Assembly (NCBI GenBank): GCA_039024555.1 | Contig: JBCCQQ010000011.1 | Location: 32,001 to 96,000 of the forward strand | Direction: 5' to 3' | Source of the DNA: Cyanobacteria bacterium P01_D01_bin.156 | GTDB taxonomy: Bacteria > Cyanobacteriota > Cyanobacteriia > Phormidesmidales > Phormidesmidaceae | Length of the DNA stretch: 64,000 nucleotides | In this document: in pieces, positions 10,472 through 21,261 of the stretch | Position numbering within the stretch: the stretch's first letter is position 1 | Layout of the letters: every line of letters starts with the position of its first letter | Program-made: the position numbers and the translations under genes | The notes under the pieces: generated by a model | Databases searched by the model: none | What the model saw: only the letters and a program-made list of their open reading frames with translations | Told to the model about the DNA's origin: nothing

Positions 10472-13400
10472 TTATGTCGCAACTCCTTCTAATGCTTCAT
10501 CGGCCACATCGTAGAGATTTTGTAGCTTCTCTAGGGTCTCCTCTTCAGCCTGCCACAAACCACGACCATTGGCCTCAATCATCCGCCCAACAATGTTACG
10601 AAAAGCTTCTGGATTAGCCTCCCGCAGACGATTAGCCATAGCCTCATCTAGGGCATAGGTCTCGGCGGCCTGGTCATATACCCAGCTGTCTTTAAATCCG
10701 GTAGTGCCCCCCCAGCCAATCAGGGCCGTCATTCGTTGAGAGATTTCATACGCTCCACCAGAACCCTGGTCTGCCATGGCTTCAGCCCATTTAGGATTGA
10801 GCAACTTAGTGCGGTATTCCATACGCAACACATCCTCCAGTTTGCGGGGTGTTGTATCTTTAGAAAAGCTCTCCACAAAGCTGGCGGTGACCCGTTTACC
10901 CTGACGTTTCTCTGCGGCCTTTTTGAGGGCACCGGTATTGGCGTAATACTCTTGAATATCGGTGAGACCATATTCCACCGAGTCGATTTGCTGCACAATG
11001 CGTCCAGTGCTTTGCAACAGTGTGTTCAATACCTCCGGACGGGCCTGCCCTTTGTCACTACGGCCATAGCTAAAGGCGTTGCGATCGCGCCATGTATCCG
11101 CCAGTTCATCCCCTGTTTCCCAGTTAGAATCCACCACTCGGTCATTGACTAGAGAACCATAGTCCCCAGCCGGGTTAGAGAACAACCGCGCCGATATATT
11201 TTCCACTCCCTGAGCCTTGAGTTCCAGAGCGTGTTTCCGAATAAAATTCTGTTCCGTTGGTTCATCGGCTTCCGCCGCCCGCAGGAACAGATCGTCCAAC
11301 AGCTCAATGATATTTACAAAGCTGTCGCGAAAGATGCCAGAAAGATTGCCCAAAATATCGATTCTGGGATGATGCATCTGTTCCAAAGGTATCAGCTCGT
11401 AGCGCACAATCCTGCCTGTACCTTCCTTGACCGGTTCTGCGCCCACCAGCTCTAGCAAAATTCCTAGGGACTCTCCTTTAGTTTTAATCGCATCTAACCC
11501 CCACAGCATCACCGCCACTGTTTCAGGATAATCCCCTAAATCTTCTAGATTTTGAGCAATGAGCTTACGACCAATGGCGCGCCCCCGTTCATAGGCAGCA
11601 GGGGAGGGCATTCGGTAAGGGTCCAGCGCGTGGATATTACGCCCCGTAGGGAGGGCACCGGGACCATCCCGCAACAGATCGCCACCGGGGGCAGGTGCAA
11701 TATATTCACCATTCAGTCCACGCAATAGATTAGTGAGTTCATCCGTCGTTTGAGTCAGTCCCTGACAGATAATCTGGGCTTCTTCCAGCAAAGCTACGGT
11801 GAGGGGTTCACTGGCTGGGTAGCGCTTGGCCAGGCCTTCAACCTGGGGTTTATCTGGCAAGGTGTCGGTGGCAATTTGTTCTAATAGCTCAGGGTGTAAC
11901 CGCTCACCAAAGTAGGCGGCAAGATAGCTGATAATCTCTTCTGTCGTAGGCTGCTGCCCCAGCACATGGAGACCGCTGGAAAATAGACGATTTTCTAAAA
12001 CCTGTAGATACTCATAAACGGCAACAAAATAACTATCTAATACCGCATTGCTAAACAACTTAGCATTGTCGGATGTGAACTCCAGCCCCTGAGCCTTTAA
12101 CTCCGGTAGCGGGCAGTCTGTGGCTAAGCCCGTGTCAGTGATTTTTGTAAGAATGGTATTCTGCAACACTCGGTTTGCGTGAGGATCTTCTCGAAACTCA
12201 GCGATCAGCTCCCGTAAGGTCATCAGTTCTTTGTAAAGTCCGGCTCGACCGTAGGGGGGAACATTGTGGGAGACCAGCACCCCATAGCCCCGACGCTTTG
12301 CCAGAATTGACTCCGACGGATTGTTAGCGGCATAGGCATACAGATGGGGTAGATTCCCCAATAAAATATCAGACCAGGAATAGCCGGTATTGCCTAGAGG
12401 AGAACCCGGTAGCCACTCCACAGTGCCGTGCATGCCAAAGTGTAATACAGCATCCGCCTGAAAATCTTCCTGCAGCCAGGTGTAGAATGCGGCGTACTGG
12501 GGATGGGGCGTTAAATCCCGCTCAAACATCAGACGCATGGGGTCTCCGGTCAGTCCCAGCGGCGGCTGCACACCAATCCACACGTTACCCAGATGAATTC
12601 CTCCCACATAAAAGTCTTCTCCTACAGTTTTGATACCACTCTGGGTGAGAGACTGCCACTGCTTTTCAATTTTGGAGGTTTTTAGATATCCTAGCCACTT
12701 TTCTAGGGTTCTCACATTAACGGTGGCTGGTACCGACTGTTCGGACAGGCCGTCGCCGTTTGCCTTCCGTTGACCTTTACACACCAGCCACTGATTCTCA
12801 TCATCTGCCGTTTTTACCCAGTCAATGATAGTTTCTCCGTCCTCAGGTAAATCTCCTACCTGGTACCCTTGGTTTTTCAAAGCATGTAAAAGCGATAAAA
12901 GAGATTTGGGTACATTGAGCAATGCCGCTGTGCCAGTGGCTCCGTAGCCGGGTGGAAATCCGTAGAGAATAATGGCTAGCTTGCGATCGCGCCGTTCTTT
13001 TCGTCTCAGCTCAATCCACTTTTTCACCCGTCCGGTCAGTCGACGCACCCGTTCTGGCACCAGATAAATCTTGTCTCCCACCAATCCCCCCAGAGGTATG
13101 GGGTCAATGGCTCCATCCAGTTCTGGCAGAGCATAAAGCACCACACTTTGCAATCCACCCACCCCTTTGCGTGTCCAGGAGTGAATATCTTGAATCAACA
13201 ATGGTGCTGCCACAAAGTAGGGAACATTCTTAGCACCTAAAATCTTTTTAGCTACTGCTACCTGGCGTCCAGCTTCCATGGAACCTGCTGGACCACCTAC
13301 TAGGGGAAACCCAATGGTGGAAACAATAGCATCCACCTGCACCGCTTCTTTGGAAAGAGAAGGGCATTCCACATGGCCCAATGTTCGCTGAGCTTGCTCG

Positions 13401-14281
13401 TAGCCCGTGGTCATCAGGTCCCGTACGGCTACATGACCTTCCACCCCGTTAATGAATATGGGTACCGGAACTAGCCCTGCTACTTCAAAGTAGCGAATCA
13501 GCTGCGGGATATAGGCCTGCTTGGTAATGACATGTTTGCGATAGAGCAAAATGCCTACGCGGGGCTTTTCTTCCTTTACCCCTTCCCCTGTTGTCCTTTC
13601 CCCGTACCATTCAGCATATGCCTTTGGTGACTCAAAATACCCCTCATACTCTGGATGTAACAGTCCAATATTAGGGGTTTCGATTACCGCTGGAATATCT
13701 CCTACGGTCAACCCCAAATACTTTTCTGCCAGTACCCACAGCATGGAGGCAACATTCTCAGTACCGCCTGCATTCCAGTAGCTGTAGATGATTAACCAGT
13801 TGCGCAGATCCTGCACCTTCCGTGCAGGAATATATTTCAGTAGCTTGGGACCAACTTTGAGAAAGCTAAGATATCCAGCCAGTTTGTCTTCTTCTTTACC
13901 ACTGCCAAACTTGCTAAGGATAAATTTGACGGGTTTGGGCATGCCGCCCCCTTGCTTACCTGGCTTTTCGCCGATAACAAATTTGCCCAGCTGGGTGAGG
14001 GCCATTAGCTCCAGGGCTGATTCGAAAACTAGACGAATGGGAATTTGCTGTGCCCGCTCTCGTAGCCAGAGGACTTGGTCATAGTCAAAGATAAGACTGG
14101 CAAAGAAGACATCGGCACTGTCCAAGGCAGCTGCAATGGCATCAGGCTGGGTGGTGAGGTCGCGATCGCAAAATACTCGAATGTCCAAATCGGGACAGCG
14201 CTGCTGGGCCAGATCTGCCGCCTGCTGATACAGCTGTGTATTAAAGGCTTCAAACCCGGCAATTAGAACAATTCGAGGCAT
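10472..14281 (-). CDS. bchH: Magnesium chelatase subunit H family protein (BchH-type paralogue)
   Basis: 1269 aa; LHFGMHGTVEWLPG, NNPSESILAKRR, LPTGRNIHALDP, RTKLLNPKW motifs of the CobN/Mg-chelatase H family. Confidence 0.88.
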   Translation of the reverse strand: MPRIVLIAGFEAFNTQLYQQAADLAQQRCPDLDIRVFCDRDLTTQPDAIAAALDSADVFFASLIFDYDQVLWLRERAQQIPIRLVFESALELMALTQLGKFVIGEKPGKQGGGMPKPVKFILSKFGSGKEEDKLAGYLSFLKVGPKLLKYIPARKVQDLRNWLIIYSYWNAGGTENVASMLWVLAEKYLGLTVGDIPAVIETPNIGLLHPEYEGYFESPKAYAEWYGERTTGEGVKEEKPRVGILLYRKHVITKQAYIPQLIRYFEVAGLVPVPIFINGVEGHVAVRDLMTTGYEQAQRTLGHVECPSLSKEAVQVDAIVSTIGFPLVGGPAGSMEAGRQVAVAKKILGAKNVPYFVAAPLLIQDIHSWTRKGVGGLQSVVLYALPELDGAIDPIPLGGLVGDKIYLVPERVRRLTGRVKKWIELRRKERRDRKLAIILYGFPPGYGATGTAALLNVPKSLLSLLHALKNQGYQVGDLPEDGETIIDWVKTADDENQWLVCKGQRKANGDGLSEQSVPATVNVRTLEKWLGYLKTSKIEKQWQSLTQSGIKTVGEDFYVGGIHLGNVWIGVQPPLGLTGDPMRLMFERDLTPHPQYAAFYTWLQEDFQADAVLHFGMHGTVEWLPGSPLGNTGYSWSDILLGNLPHLYAYAANNPSESILAKRRGYGVLVSHNVPPYGRAGLYKELMTLRELIAEFREDPHANRVLQNTILTKITDTGLATDCPLPELKAQGLEFTSDNAKLFSNAVLDSYFVAVYEYLQVLENRLFSSGLHVLGQQPTTEEIISYLAAYFGERLHPELLEQIATDTLPDKPQVEGLAKRYPASEPLTVALLEEAQIICQGLTQTTDELTNLLRGLNGEYIAPAPGGDLLRDGPGALPTGRNIHALDPYRMPSPAAYERGRAIGRKLIAQNLEDLGDYPETVAVMLWGLDAIKTKGESLGILLELVGAEPVKEGTGRIVRYELIPLEQMHHPRIDILGNLSGIFRDSFVNIIELLDDLFLRAAEADEPTEQNFIRKHALELKAQGVENISARLFSNPAGDYGSLVNDRVVDSNWETGDELADTWRDRNAFSYGRSDKGQARPEVLNTLLQSTGRIVQQIDSVEYGLTDIQEYYANTGALKKAAEKRQGKRVTASFVESFSKDTTPRKLEDVLRMEYRTKLLNPKWAEAMADQGSGGAYEISQRMTALIGWGGTTGFKDSWVYDQAAETYALDEAMANRLREANPEAFRNIVGRMIEANGRGLWQAEEETLEKLQNLYDVADEALEGVAT

Positions 14282-14435
14282 TCATTAGGACCAGTGGCGG
14301 CCCTTTGATTTTAACGAATTTTAACACTGCGAGCTTAACCCAATAACCATATCTGAAAGGCCGTAAATTACCCTCAGATAACGCCACCACCGATGACACG
14401 ACAGTTAACCTTTAAATTACTGTATTGATCAATGC

Positions 14436-14710
14436 TTAGAATAAGCTCAATACATCAATACCCACTCCTAGAACAACACCAATATCCGTTTCATCATCAA
14501 AGGCTGCATTAACCCGAGCAGTGCCAGTTATCAAATCATTAATAGGCACATCCACACCAGCCATAACCAGTGGACTGATCTCAAAATCATCCACTTCTAC
14601 ACCAATTCCAGCACCAACAAAGGGAACTAAGGTAACTTGCTCACCAATGCCCACCTGTGAAAAGCTATTAGTTAATGCAAACGATGCAAAACTATCACCC
14701 CCAAGACTGA
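14436..14710 (-). pseudogene. C-terminal remnant of a small outer-membrane beta-barrel protein
   Basis: The frame encodes amphipathic strands (LVPFVGAGIG, PLVMAGVDVPI, GTARVNAAF, IGVVLGVG) ending in Phe. No signal peptide or N-terminal half is present before the neighbouring gene's stop at 14744. Confidence 0.55.
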
Positions 14711-14743
14711 AGCAGAAGGGATAGCTACCAGTAACATTAGTAG

Positions 14744-16516
14744 CTATATGTTGGCATCATTATCAGCAACAATTGCAAGTACAACTTTATTGCGTCCTGT
14801 TCGTTTCGCTTGATAGAGTGCTTGATCAGCTCTGATTAAGGTTTCGGTTAGGGACTGTGGTGTATTTGCCAAGCGCACAGCCACCCCGCAGCTAATACTG
14901 ACATAGGCGCTGACTTTGGAGGCAGCATGAGGAATTCGACAGTTTTGAATTCCCTCTCGCATACGTTCGGCAATTTCATACGCCTTACTGCTAGAAACAG
15001 ATTGTAGAATGATGGCAAATTCTTCTCCACCATAGCGAGCCACCAGATCGTGACCATGTACCGATTGCTGAATTGCTCTGGCTACTCTTTGCAAACAGCT
15101 ATCTCCCACGGGATGCCCGTAAAAGTCATTAAATCCTTTAAAGAAATCAATATCACATAGAATAATCGCTAAATCCTTTGACTGCTGCTGAGCCTCTACC
15201 ATGTGCTGATTAAAAGACCGACGGTTTAATACATTGGTTAAATCATCTACATAAGCTTCTTTGAGTAGTTTTAGATTATTGGTAGTCAACCCCACCGTCA
15301 CAGATGTAATCAAACCCAGTAGCGCTGGTATAGTTGGCACCCACCAACCATTCAGAAACCAGATACCATTAATGACAACTAAGCTAAGGCTAAGTCCTAG
15401 AACTGGGATTATTAATGCTAACAAGGCATTGAACCCTCTGAGTTTTTGCCAACGGGACATTAAGATTAGCCTGCTACCGAGACTACACCAAAGAAAAGCC
15501 CACCCCCATTCCATTATTGTTATCCATGTTCGAATAAGAGAACGACCCTCCAAAACAGTACTAACAATTTGGCTAGCAATATGAGCATGAATAGCAACGC
15601 CAGGACTCTGGGTGGTATTTGTGAGATGACTTCTGCTGTAAGGGGTATATACAAAGTCGTTGAGACTAGGAGCAATGGAACCTATGAGTACAATGCGATC
15701 TCGGATTAAGTGAACGGGAACCCGATCTTCTAAAACATCAATAATAGAAACTGTGTCAAACCGACTCTCCGCTCCCCTAAAGTTGAGCAGTATCTGATAG
15801 CCTCGAACATCAGCACGAATATATCCCCCATCATTCATCTGCAGCCTTGGAAATAACGTATCTCCTAGACGGGTTAACTGTTTGCTTGGTAAACTCTCCG
15901 GTGAAATTCCTTGGGATTCTAAATAATGCAACGCAACAGCAGAGCCCAATGACTGTCGAACTTTACCCTCATCACTAATGGATAATAGTGCTCGCCGCAC
16001 CTTACCATCATCATCCATTACAAGATCGGCCATAGCTACTTGCCCTTGTTTTGCCAATATAGGCGGTGGCGGTACAGGAGTTCCTCCAATTTTCTCCACA
16101 CCGTACAAGTGAGGCATGGTTCTAAACAGCGTTTCTAACGTAGACGTGCCTGGTGGGATAGGAAAATCACGGTAAAGATCTAAACCAATTACTGTAGGAC
16201 GATACTGATCAATCTGAGCTAAGGCATCAGCCAATAGATAATCTGAGAGGGGCCATTGGCGAAGCTGTGACAAATCTGGCTCATCGATAGTAACAATCAG
16301 TAGGCGAGGCTCAACACTCTCCTCAGGACGTAGACGAAAGTATTGATCAAAAATTAGCCATTCAAGAACCTGAAAACAGCCTGTTGAGTTCAGTAACAGT
16401 AAACAGATAGTAACAACAAATGAAATAATTAACGATACAACCTGAGGCGATAGAGACGTCTGTCTTCGCGATTGCCATTGCGAAAAGAGTAGTAAATCGC
16501 TAAACCGGATGGCCAT
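14744..16516 (-). CDS. CHASE2-domain diguanylate cyclase
   Basis: CHASE2 motifs (LLIVTIDE, IGLDLYRD, DDDGKVRR, PGVAIHA), three TMs, RYGGEEF. Confidence 0.9.
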   Translation of the reverse strand: MAIRFSDLLLFSQWQSRRQTSLSPQVVSLIISFVVTICLLLLNSTGCFQVLEWLIFDQYFRLRPEESVEPRLLIVTIDEPDLSQLRQWPLSDYLLADALAQIDQYRPTVIGLDLYRDFPIPPGTSTLETLFRTMPHLYGVEKIGGTPVPPPPILAKQGQVAMADLVMDDDGKVRRALLSISDEGKVRQSLGSAVALHYLESQGISPESLPSKQLTRLGDTLFPRLQMNDGGYIRADVRGYQILLNFRGAESRFDTVSIIDVLEDRVPVHLIRDRIVLIGSIAPSLNDFVYTPYSRSHLTNTTQSPGVAIHAHIASQIVSTVLEGRSLIRTWITIMEWGWAFLWCSLGSRLILMSRWQKLRGFNALLALIIPVLGLSLSLVVINGIWFLNGWWVPTIPALLGLITSVTVGLTTNNLKLLKEAYVDDLTNVLNRRSFNQHMVEAQQQSKDLAIILCDIDFFKGFNDFYGHPVGDSCLQRVARAIQQSVHGHDLVARYGGEEFAIILQSVSSSKAYEIAERMREGIQNCRIPHAASKVSAYVSISCGVAVRLANTPQSLTETLIRADQALYQAKRTGRNKVVLAIVADNDANI

Positions 16517-16721
16517 AGCACATCGTCCTAATTACCTGAGTTATCAACAGATACTAAAAGATTCCCTAATTTTTTCTTAACCACGATGTAACTAATTTGG
16601 GCTACGACAACGAAAATCAAACGATGTAAGTCCAGTCAATAATTGTTGCTACCTAGAAAAGATGAGGAGTTCAAAAAGCAACATCATCCCAAAATTTTCA
16701 TCATAAACAAGTCAACATATT

Positions 16722-17492
16722 TTAAGGAAGACTGCACAGAGAATCTCTACAGTCACTGACTGGAGCAGCATTTAAGGTCAAATCAAACTGTGTTAGCTCT
16801 CCAATAGCAAGCAGCATATTCCAAGCTGCATTGACACTCCCAAAAGTAGGATCATCACGTAATGTTTGTTCTAAGAGCACTAATGTGTCATACCAAATAC
16901 CAGACTCTGCGTACATCATCGCTTCTTCAAAAGCAGATCTAAAGGAGTTAGTACTCTGAAATGGGAGATTTGAAATCCGTTTTACATAGCCAACTAAAGC
17001 TGGATCATCAGGACGCAAAATATCTGCGCAGACAGGCACAACAGTGATCTTATAAATGATATTCGGAGTAAGACTAGATGCATCTTCAGGAAAGATTATT
17101 CTGATGAGTCCTGTATCTGTCGGCAATGATTGATATCCAGAATATGCAACCTCTCCCCGCTCGTTCTCAATATTAACAAAAACCTTTTGCGCCAACGTAG
17201 CCTCAGCATAAAGAAAGAAAGCAGGCTGGGCTGAGATTGTGTGCCCCATAAAAGAATTAGGAGCTAGTAAGGTAATATTTGATGCTTTAGTTGCTGTTTC
17301 TTGATGACGACAACGATCAGGGTTACGAGATGCACCACCTGTAGTGTTATCTGGAATACCATCCTTAGGAGGATTAAAATGGAAACTTTCTATATCGGTT
17401 GGCAACTCCGCTGCGTAAATCGCTGAGGCATTTAACGTACCTCCTATATAAACAAGGCTAGACAATAAAACAAGTGCGATAGATCGAATCAT
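16722..17492 (-). CDS. DUF928 domain-containing exported protein
   Basis: Signal peptide, GGASR...C, T(I)SAQPAFFLY, YAESGIWYDTL; adjacency to a CHASE2 gene is typical in cyanobacteria. Confidence 0.8.
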   Translation of the reverse strand: MIRSIALVLLSSLVYIGGTLNASAIYAAELPTDIESFHFNPPKDGIPDNTTGGASRNPDRCRHQETATKASNITLLAPNSFMGHTISAQPAFFLYAEATLAQKVFVNIENERGEVAYSGYQSLPTDTGLIRIIFPEDASSLTPNIIYKITVVPVCADILRPDDPALVGYVKRISNLPFQSTNSFRSAFEEAMMYAESGIWYDTLVLLEQTLRDDPTFGSVNAAWNMLLAIGELTQFDLTLNAAPVSDCRDSLCSLP

Positions 17493-17564
17493 CGTAGAGT
17501 TTCTGGAACATACAAGTCATATAGTACAGCTAGCTAAATTACCCAGAAATCTTTTTGCAGATCA

Positions 17565-18755
17565 TCAACAAACCAATGGTAACTCTTCTTTACATAAGGG
17601 TCTTACAGTTTGTTCCTGCGCAGTACATGGATAAAATTTTGATAAGAAATCAACTACGGCATTAGCCCTTAAAGGACGAGAGAAATAGTAGCCCTGCATA
17701 TACTGAAAGCCGATTTCTTTCAGCATATCAACATCTTCCCGAGACTCAATCCCTTCAACAATCACACTTAGACTTAGCTTTTCCGCTAAAGCATAGATAA
17801 TCTCACAAATATCCCAATTTTGATTCACGACAAATGAACGATCCACTTTTAGGGCATTGAGTGGCAGGGATTTTAATCGTGAAAGAGCTGAGTAACCAGT
17901 TCCAAAATCATCTAAATGAAGTCTAATTCCAAGATCTCTGAGCTTTTGCAGTACCAATGTCACTATGTGGCTATTTTCAACCAAGGCACTTTCCGTAATT
18001 TCCAGTTTGAGATGACTGGGATCCACATTACTGGATTGAAGCACTTGCTCAACATGATCGGCTAATGCCAGCTGACCAAGCTGTAAAGGAGATAAGTTCA
18101 CACTCATCGTCAAAGGTTGAGCCTGGGGAAACGCACGTTGCCATTGACTTAACTGATTACAGGCCTTAGTAATCAAGTCTTTTCCCATTTGATGAATCAA
18201 ACCATCTTCTTCTGCAAGCGGAATAAAGACAGTCGGCGAAATTTCTCCATAGGTGGGATGATCCCAACGGGCTAAAGCTTCGAAACCATATACGATTGAC
18301 GTTCTATTACAAACAATGGGTTGATAAACCAGGTATATTTCTTTTTGCTCGATAGCTATAGGCAAATCTTGCTTTAACTTGAACAAACGCACTTGTTCTG
18401 GGGAAAGTAAAGCCGACAAAGCCGATGGTTGAGCCTCAACAGCATTAGCTAAACGGATCAACCGATCTAAATCCATCATAGCGGCCATGAGCAGATGATT
18501 ACCTTCGCCAGAGAGCTTCCCAAATCGTCCAGAACTCAATCTTTGAACTACACCTTGTAAGCTACTCAGGGGATGCTTAAGTTCATGCTGCACTAAGGCA
18601 GACAAATCACCAAGATAATTACTAGAAGACAACGTAGTTAGAGATTTCATAGTCTGACCCGATGTGGACGGCGTTGATAGAGCCGCTTTCTTTCTATGGC
18701 CGATACCATTGGTGGTGGTAACTGTTCCTTTTTCTGGCTTCGGCACATTATTCAT
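17565..18755 (-). CDS. EAL c-di-GMP phosphodiesterase with N-terminal HisKA-like helices
   Basis: HELKHPLSSLQG followed directly by YQPIV, FEALARW, EITES, DDFGTGYS, KVDRSF, EGIE, QGYYFSRP. Confidence 0.85.
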   Translation of the reverse strand: MNNVPKPEKGTVTTTNGIGHRKKAALSTPSTSGQTMKSLTTLSSSNYLGDLSALVQHELKHPLSSLQGVVQRLSSGRFGKLSGEGNHLLMAAMMDLDRLIRLANAVEAQPSALSALLSPEQVRLFKLKQDLPIAIEQKEIYLVYQPIVCNRTSIVYGFEALARWDHPTYGEISPTVFIPLAEEDGLIHQMGKDLITKACNQLSQWQRAFPQAQPLTMSVNLSPLQLGQLALADHVEQVLQSSNVDPSHLKLEITESALVENSHIVTLVLQKLRDLGIRLHLDDFGTGYSALSRLKSLPLNALKVDRSFVVNQNWDICEIIYALAEKLSLSVIVEGIESREDVDMLKEIGFQYMQGYYFSRPLRANAVVDFLSKFYPCTAQEQTVRPLCKEELPLVC

Positions 18756-20078
18756 AAGTTATCGCTATTAACACCTTGATAACCTGAAGTAAAAAATACT
18801 TCCATAATACTTTTACAATCTTTTTATCACCTTTGAAAAAGAGAACCAATTACGTAATATCACTCAGATATTTTGTTAGAGTCTTTCTTGATATAACCTG
18901 AAAATTACGTACAAATAGACCCCTTTAACTCAAAACATATAACAACAGAATGCAGTAATCACTAATACACGTATTTTTCAAAGCAGAGCGTAGCAGATAA
19001 AAAATACAGCACACTCTAGAATTCCCAAGAAAAAGGCTTACTAAAACTGCTGAATGAGCACCTAAACTTCTCAATATCCCTTAGGCAGTTTAGTTTAAAT
19101 TTGAATATTATTATGCATAGTTTTAGCCAATCTACTTATTTAAAGTAAGCGCTCAGCCACCTATTAATAAATATCCTGAAATTTCACTTAGGTTTAAGCC
19201 ATAACATTTAGCAACTAAGCTGATTAGCTGACTTAGCTCAATGACACCACAATGGCTTGAAGTAAGCTATAGCAAGGTCTAACAGCCCTTTTAAGTATTG
19301 ATTTAGAAAGATATATTCTCAATAAGTATTTTTAACAATTCAAATAAAAGCACTCTTACTTATTTTCACTTTTGCTTACAACAATAATGTCTTGAATGCA
19401 ATAGTTCACTAAGCACTTTGCTGTAGTAACATTACTATACAGAAAAATATACAAAACACGTCAATATGCTGAACAGCATGCAAAAAATGCATGTCAATTA
19501 ATTATTTATTTATTTTTAATACGATCTTGAGCACTAAGGTTTGAAACGGCAACTATTTCACTTAAGTGAAGAGAGTTAAAGTAGCCACTGATTATGTTTA
19601 AACGGTATTCCATATTTATCTTCGCTATGGAATTCAATTGTTTAAAGAGAATAATTAAATTAGTATTAAATATTGTTTATTTGTGCAGAAATATCAAAGC
19701 ATTAGTCACACAACAACAGCTGATTTAAGCAATTTGGAAAATTTAGTAGTGTAAGATACAAAATCTATCATCTACTTCTTTAGGGGGGAAGTGACACCGT
19801 TACTGACTTAAGGGTGCATCTAAATAATATCTATTGGTTATTTGATCAGCTAGCTAAGGGCTTGTTAAAAATTAGAACCATGACCTTGTGCATTTAAATC
19901 ATGGCTTAACAAGCTTTTCAGGCTTAAATCGTGAAGTCGTTTCTTAACAGCTTCTAAGCATTTCAGAAGAAATTTGCCGTTGCTGATTATGCATATGAAA
20001 TGCTCCATAAAACAAAGTATGTGTCAGCATCGTTTGCAAAAAAGCATACCGGGGGTCAGCAATGCCCAAAAATCTCTA

Positions 20079-20375
20079 CTACTCATCAAACTGCTCTAGA
20101 ACCTCTGGTTGCAGAGTCAGTAGAGGGTGTATTGATTCATCATCATCACCAGCTGATAGCTGGTGAATAGCTTGCTCAAACTGGGCTTTACCTTCTTCAA
20201 AGAATCGCCGAGCATTATTTGAATAGAGTAGAGCAGATGTGACGTTAGCTGGTAGTTGAACAGTTTGGATGGGTTCAGTTATAACTGTTTGGGCCTGAGC
20301 CCATGAAGCGGCATTTAAGGTAACCAGCATGCCCACTACTGCGAAGTTTACGGTACGTAAATTAAAGAACATCAC
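20079..20375 (-). CDS. Small secreted hypothetical protein
   Basis: SD-like GGAAAA before ATG, signal peptide ending AQA, and a RRFFEEGKAQFE helix. Confidence 0.65.
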   Translation of the reverse strand: MMFFNLRTVNFAVVGMLVTLNAASWAQAQTVITEPIQTVQLPANVTSALLYSNNARRFFEEGKAQFEQAIHQLSAGDDDESIHPLLTLQPEVLEQFDE

Positions 20376-20806
20376 ATTTTCCTTTTCCGAAATTGCATTA
20401 GTAATTGTTCTAGTAGTCCATACCTATCATAACAATTGCCATGGGCCGACTTCCCAAGTTTTAATCGTACTTACTGCGCCTACTTACAAAACTGAAGTAG
20501 GTGCTACTAGGGTGATGGGATTATCCACGCTATCTTCAATCACCTGTCGCAGATTAGCCTGGTTTTCTATTGTTTTTCGAGAAGAAGTTCTGACAAGTTT
20601 CCCCTCTCACGAGTCTCAGAAGAATCCAGGTGACCAACAAAAGCATCTAAAATCTCCATTATTCAAAGCAGTAACAACCATCAACAAGCTCCTTAATAGA
20701 CTACGTTTAAGCTGCTGAATTAAGCATTTAGGCGTCAGAGGCTAAGGTGCTCAAGGAATAGGGACTTTTATCTCAAAAATGTACGGCTTTGCAAAAGTTT
20801 CTTCAT

Positions 20807-21151
20807 CTATTGGACCTGACCTTTCATTTTTTCCAAATGTTGTAAGCCCCAGGTTCGAAGAGCACAAATTATAGGTTCTAAGGTCTTTCCGTACTCTGTT
20901 ATCGAATATTCGACCTTGGGTGGAACTTCAGCATAAACTTTCCTCGAAATCAGGTTCTCAGCTTCTAGTTCACGCAGTTGTTTTGTCAGCATCCGCTGGG
21001 TGATGTCCGGCATTAACCGACGCAGCTCATTAAAACGACTGGTCTCCGATAGTAGGTGGTATAAGATAACACCTTTCCACTTACCACCAATCACATGTAA
21101 AGTTGCCTCTACAGGACAACCTTGGGCGCAGTCATATCTAGTATGAGCCAT
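20807..21151 (-). CDS. HxlR-family winged-helix transcriptional regulator
   Basis: CPVEATLHVIGGKWK, RFNELRR, LTKQLRELE, VPPKVEYS. Confidence 0.93.
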   Translation of the reverse strand: MAHTRYDCAQGCPVEATLHVIGGKWKGVILYHLLSETSRFNELRRLMPDITQRMLTKQLRELEAENLISRKVYAEVPPKVEYSITEYGKTLEPIICALRTWGLQHLEKMKGQVQ

Positions 21152-21164
21152 TAGTAGAATCCAA

Positions 21165-21208
21165 TAGTATACAAAAGGGTACTACGTATCAAAAAAGTGC
21201 GTACTTAC
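21165..21208. promoter_or_regulatory. Putative HxlR operator in the divergent promoter
   Basis: TAGTA-N10-TACTA palindrome followed by GTATCAAAAAAGTGCGTACTTAC, between the HxlR gene and its divergent ABM/oxidoreductase operon. Confidence 0.5.
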
Positions 21209-21261
21209 CTAAGGTGTTTGCATAGTTTATGCTCGTTATGCCCTGACAGCAACACAGTGAA

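Noticed and set aside
20329..20718. 129-aa plus-strand ORF
   Set aside because: Overlaps the start of the opposite-strand secreted protein; no motifs or SD; probably spurious.
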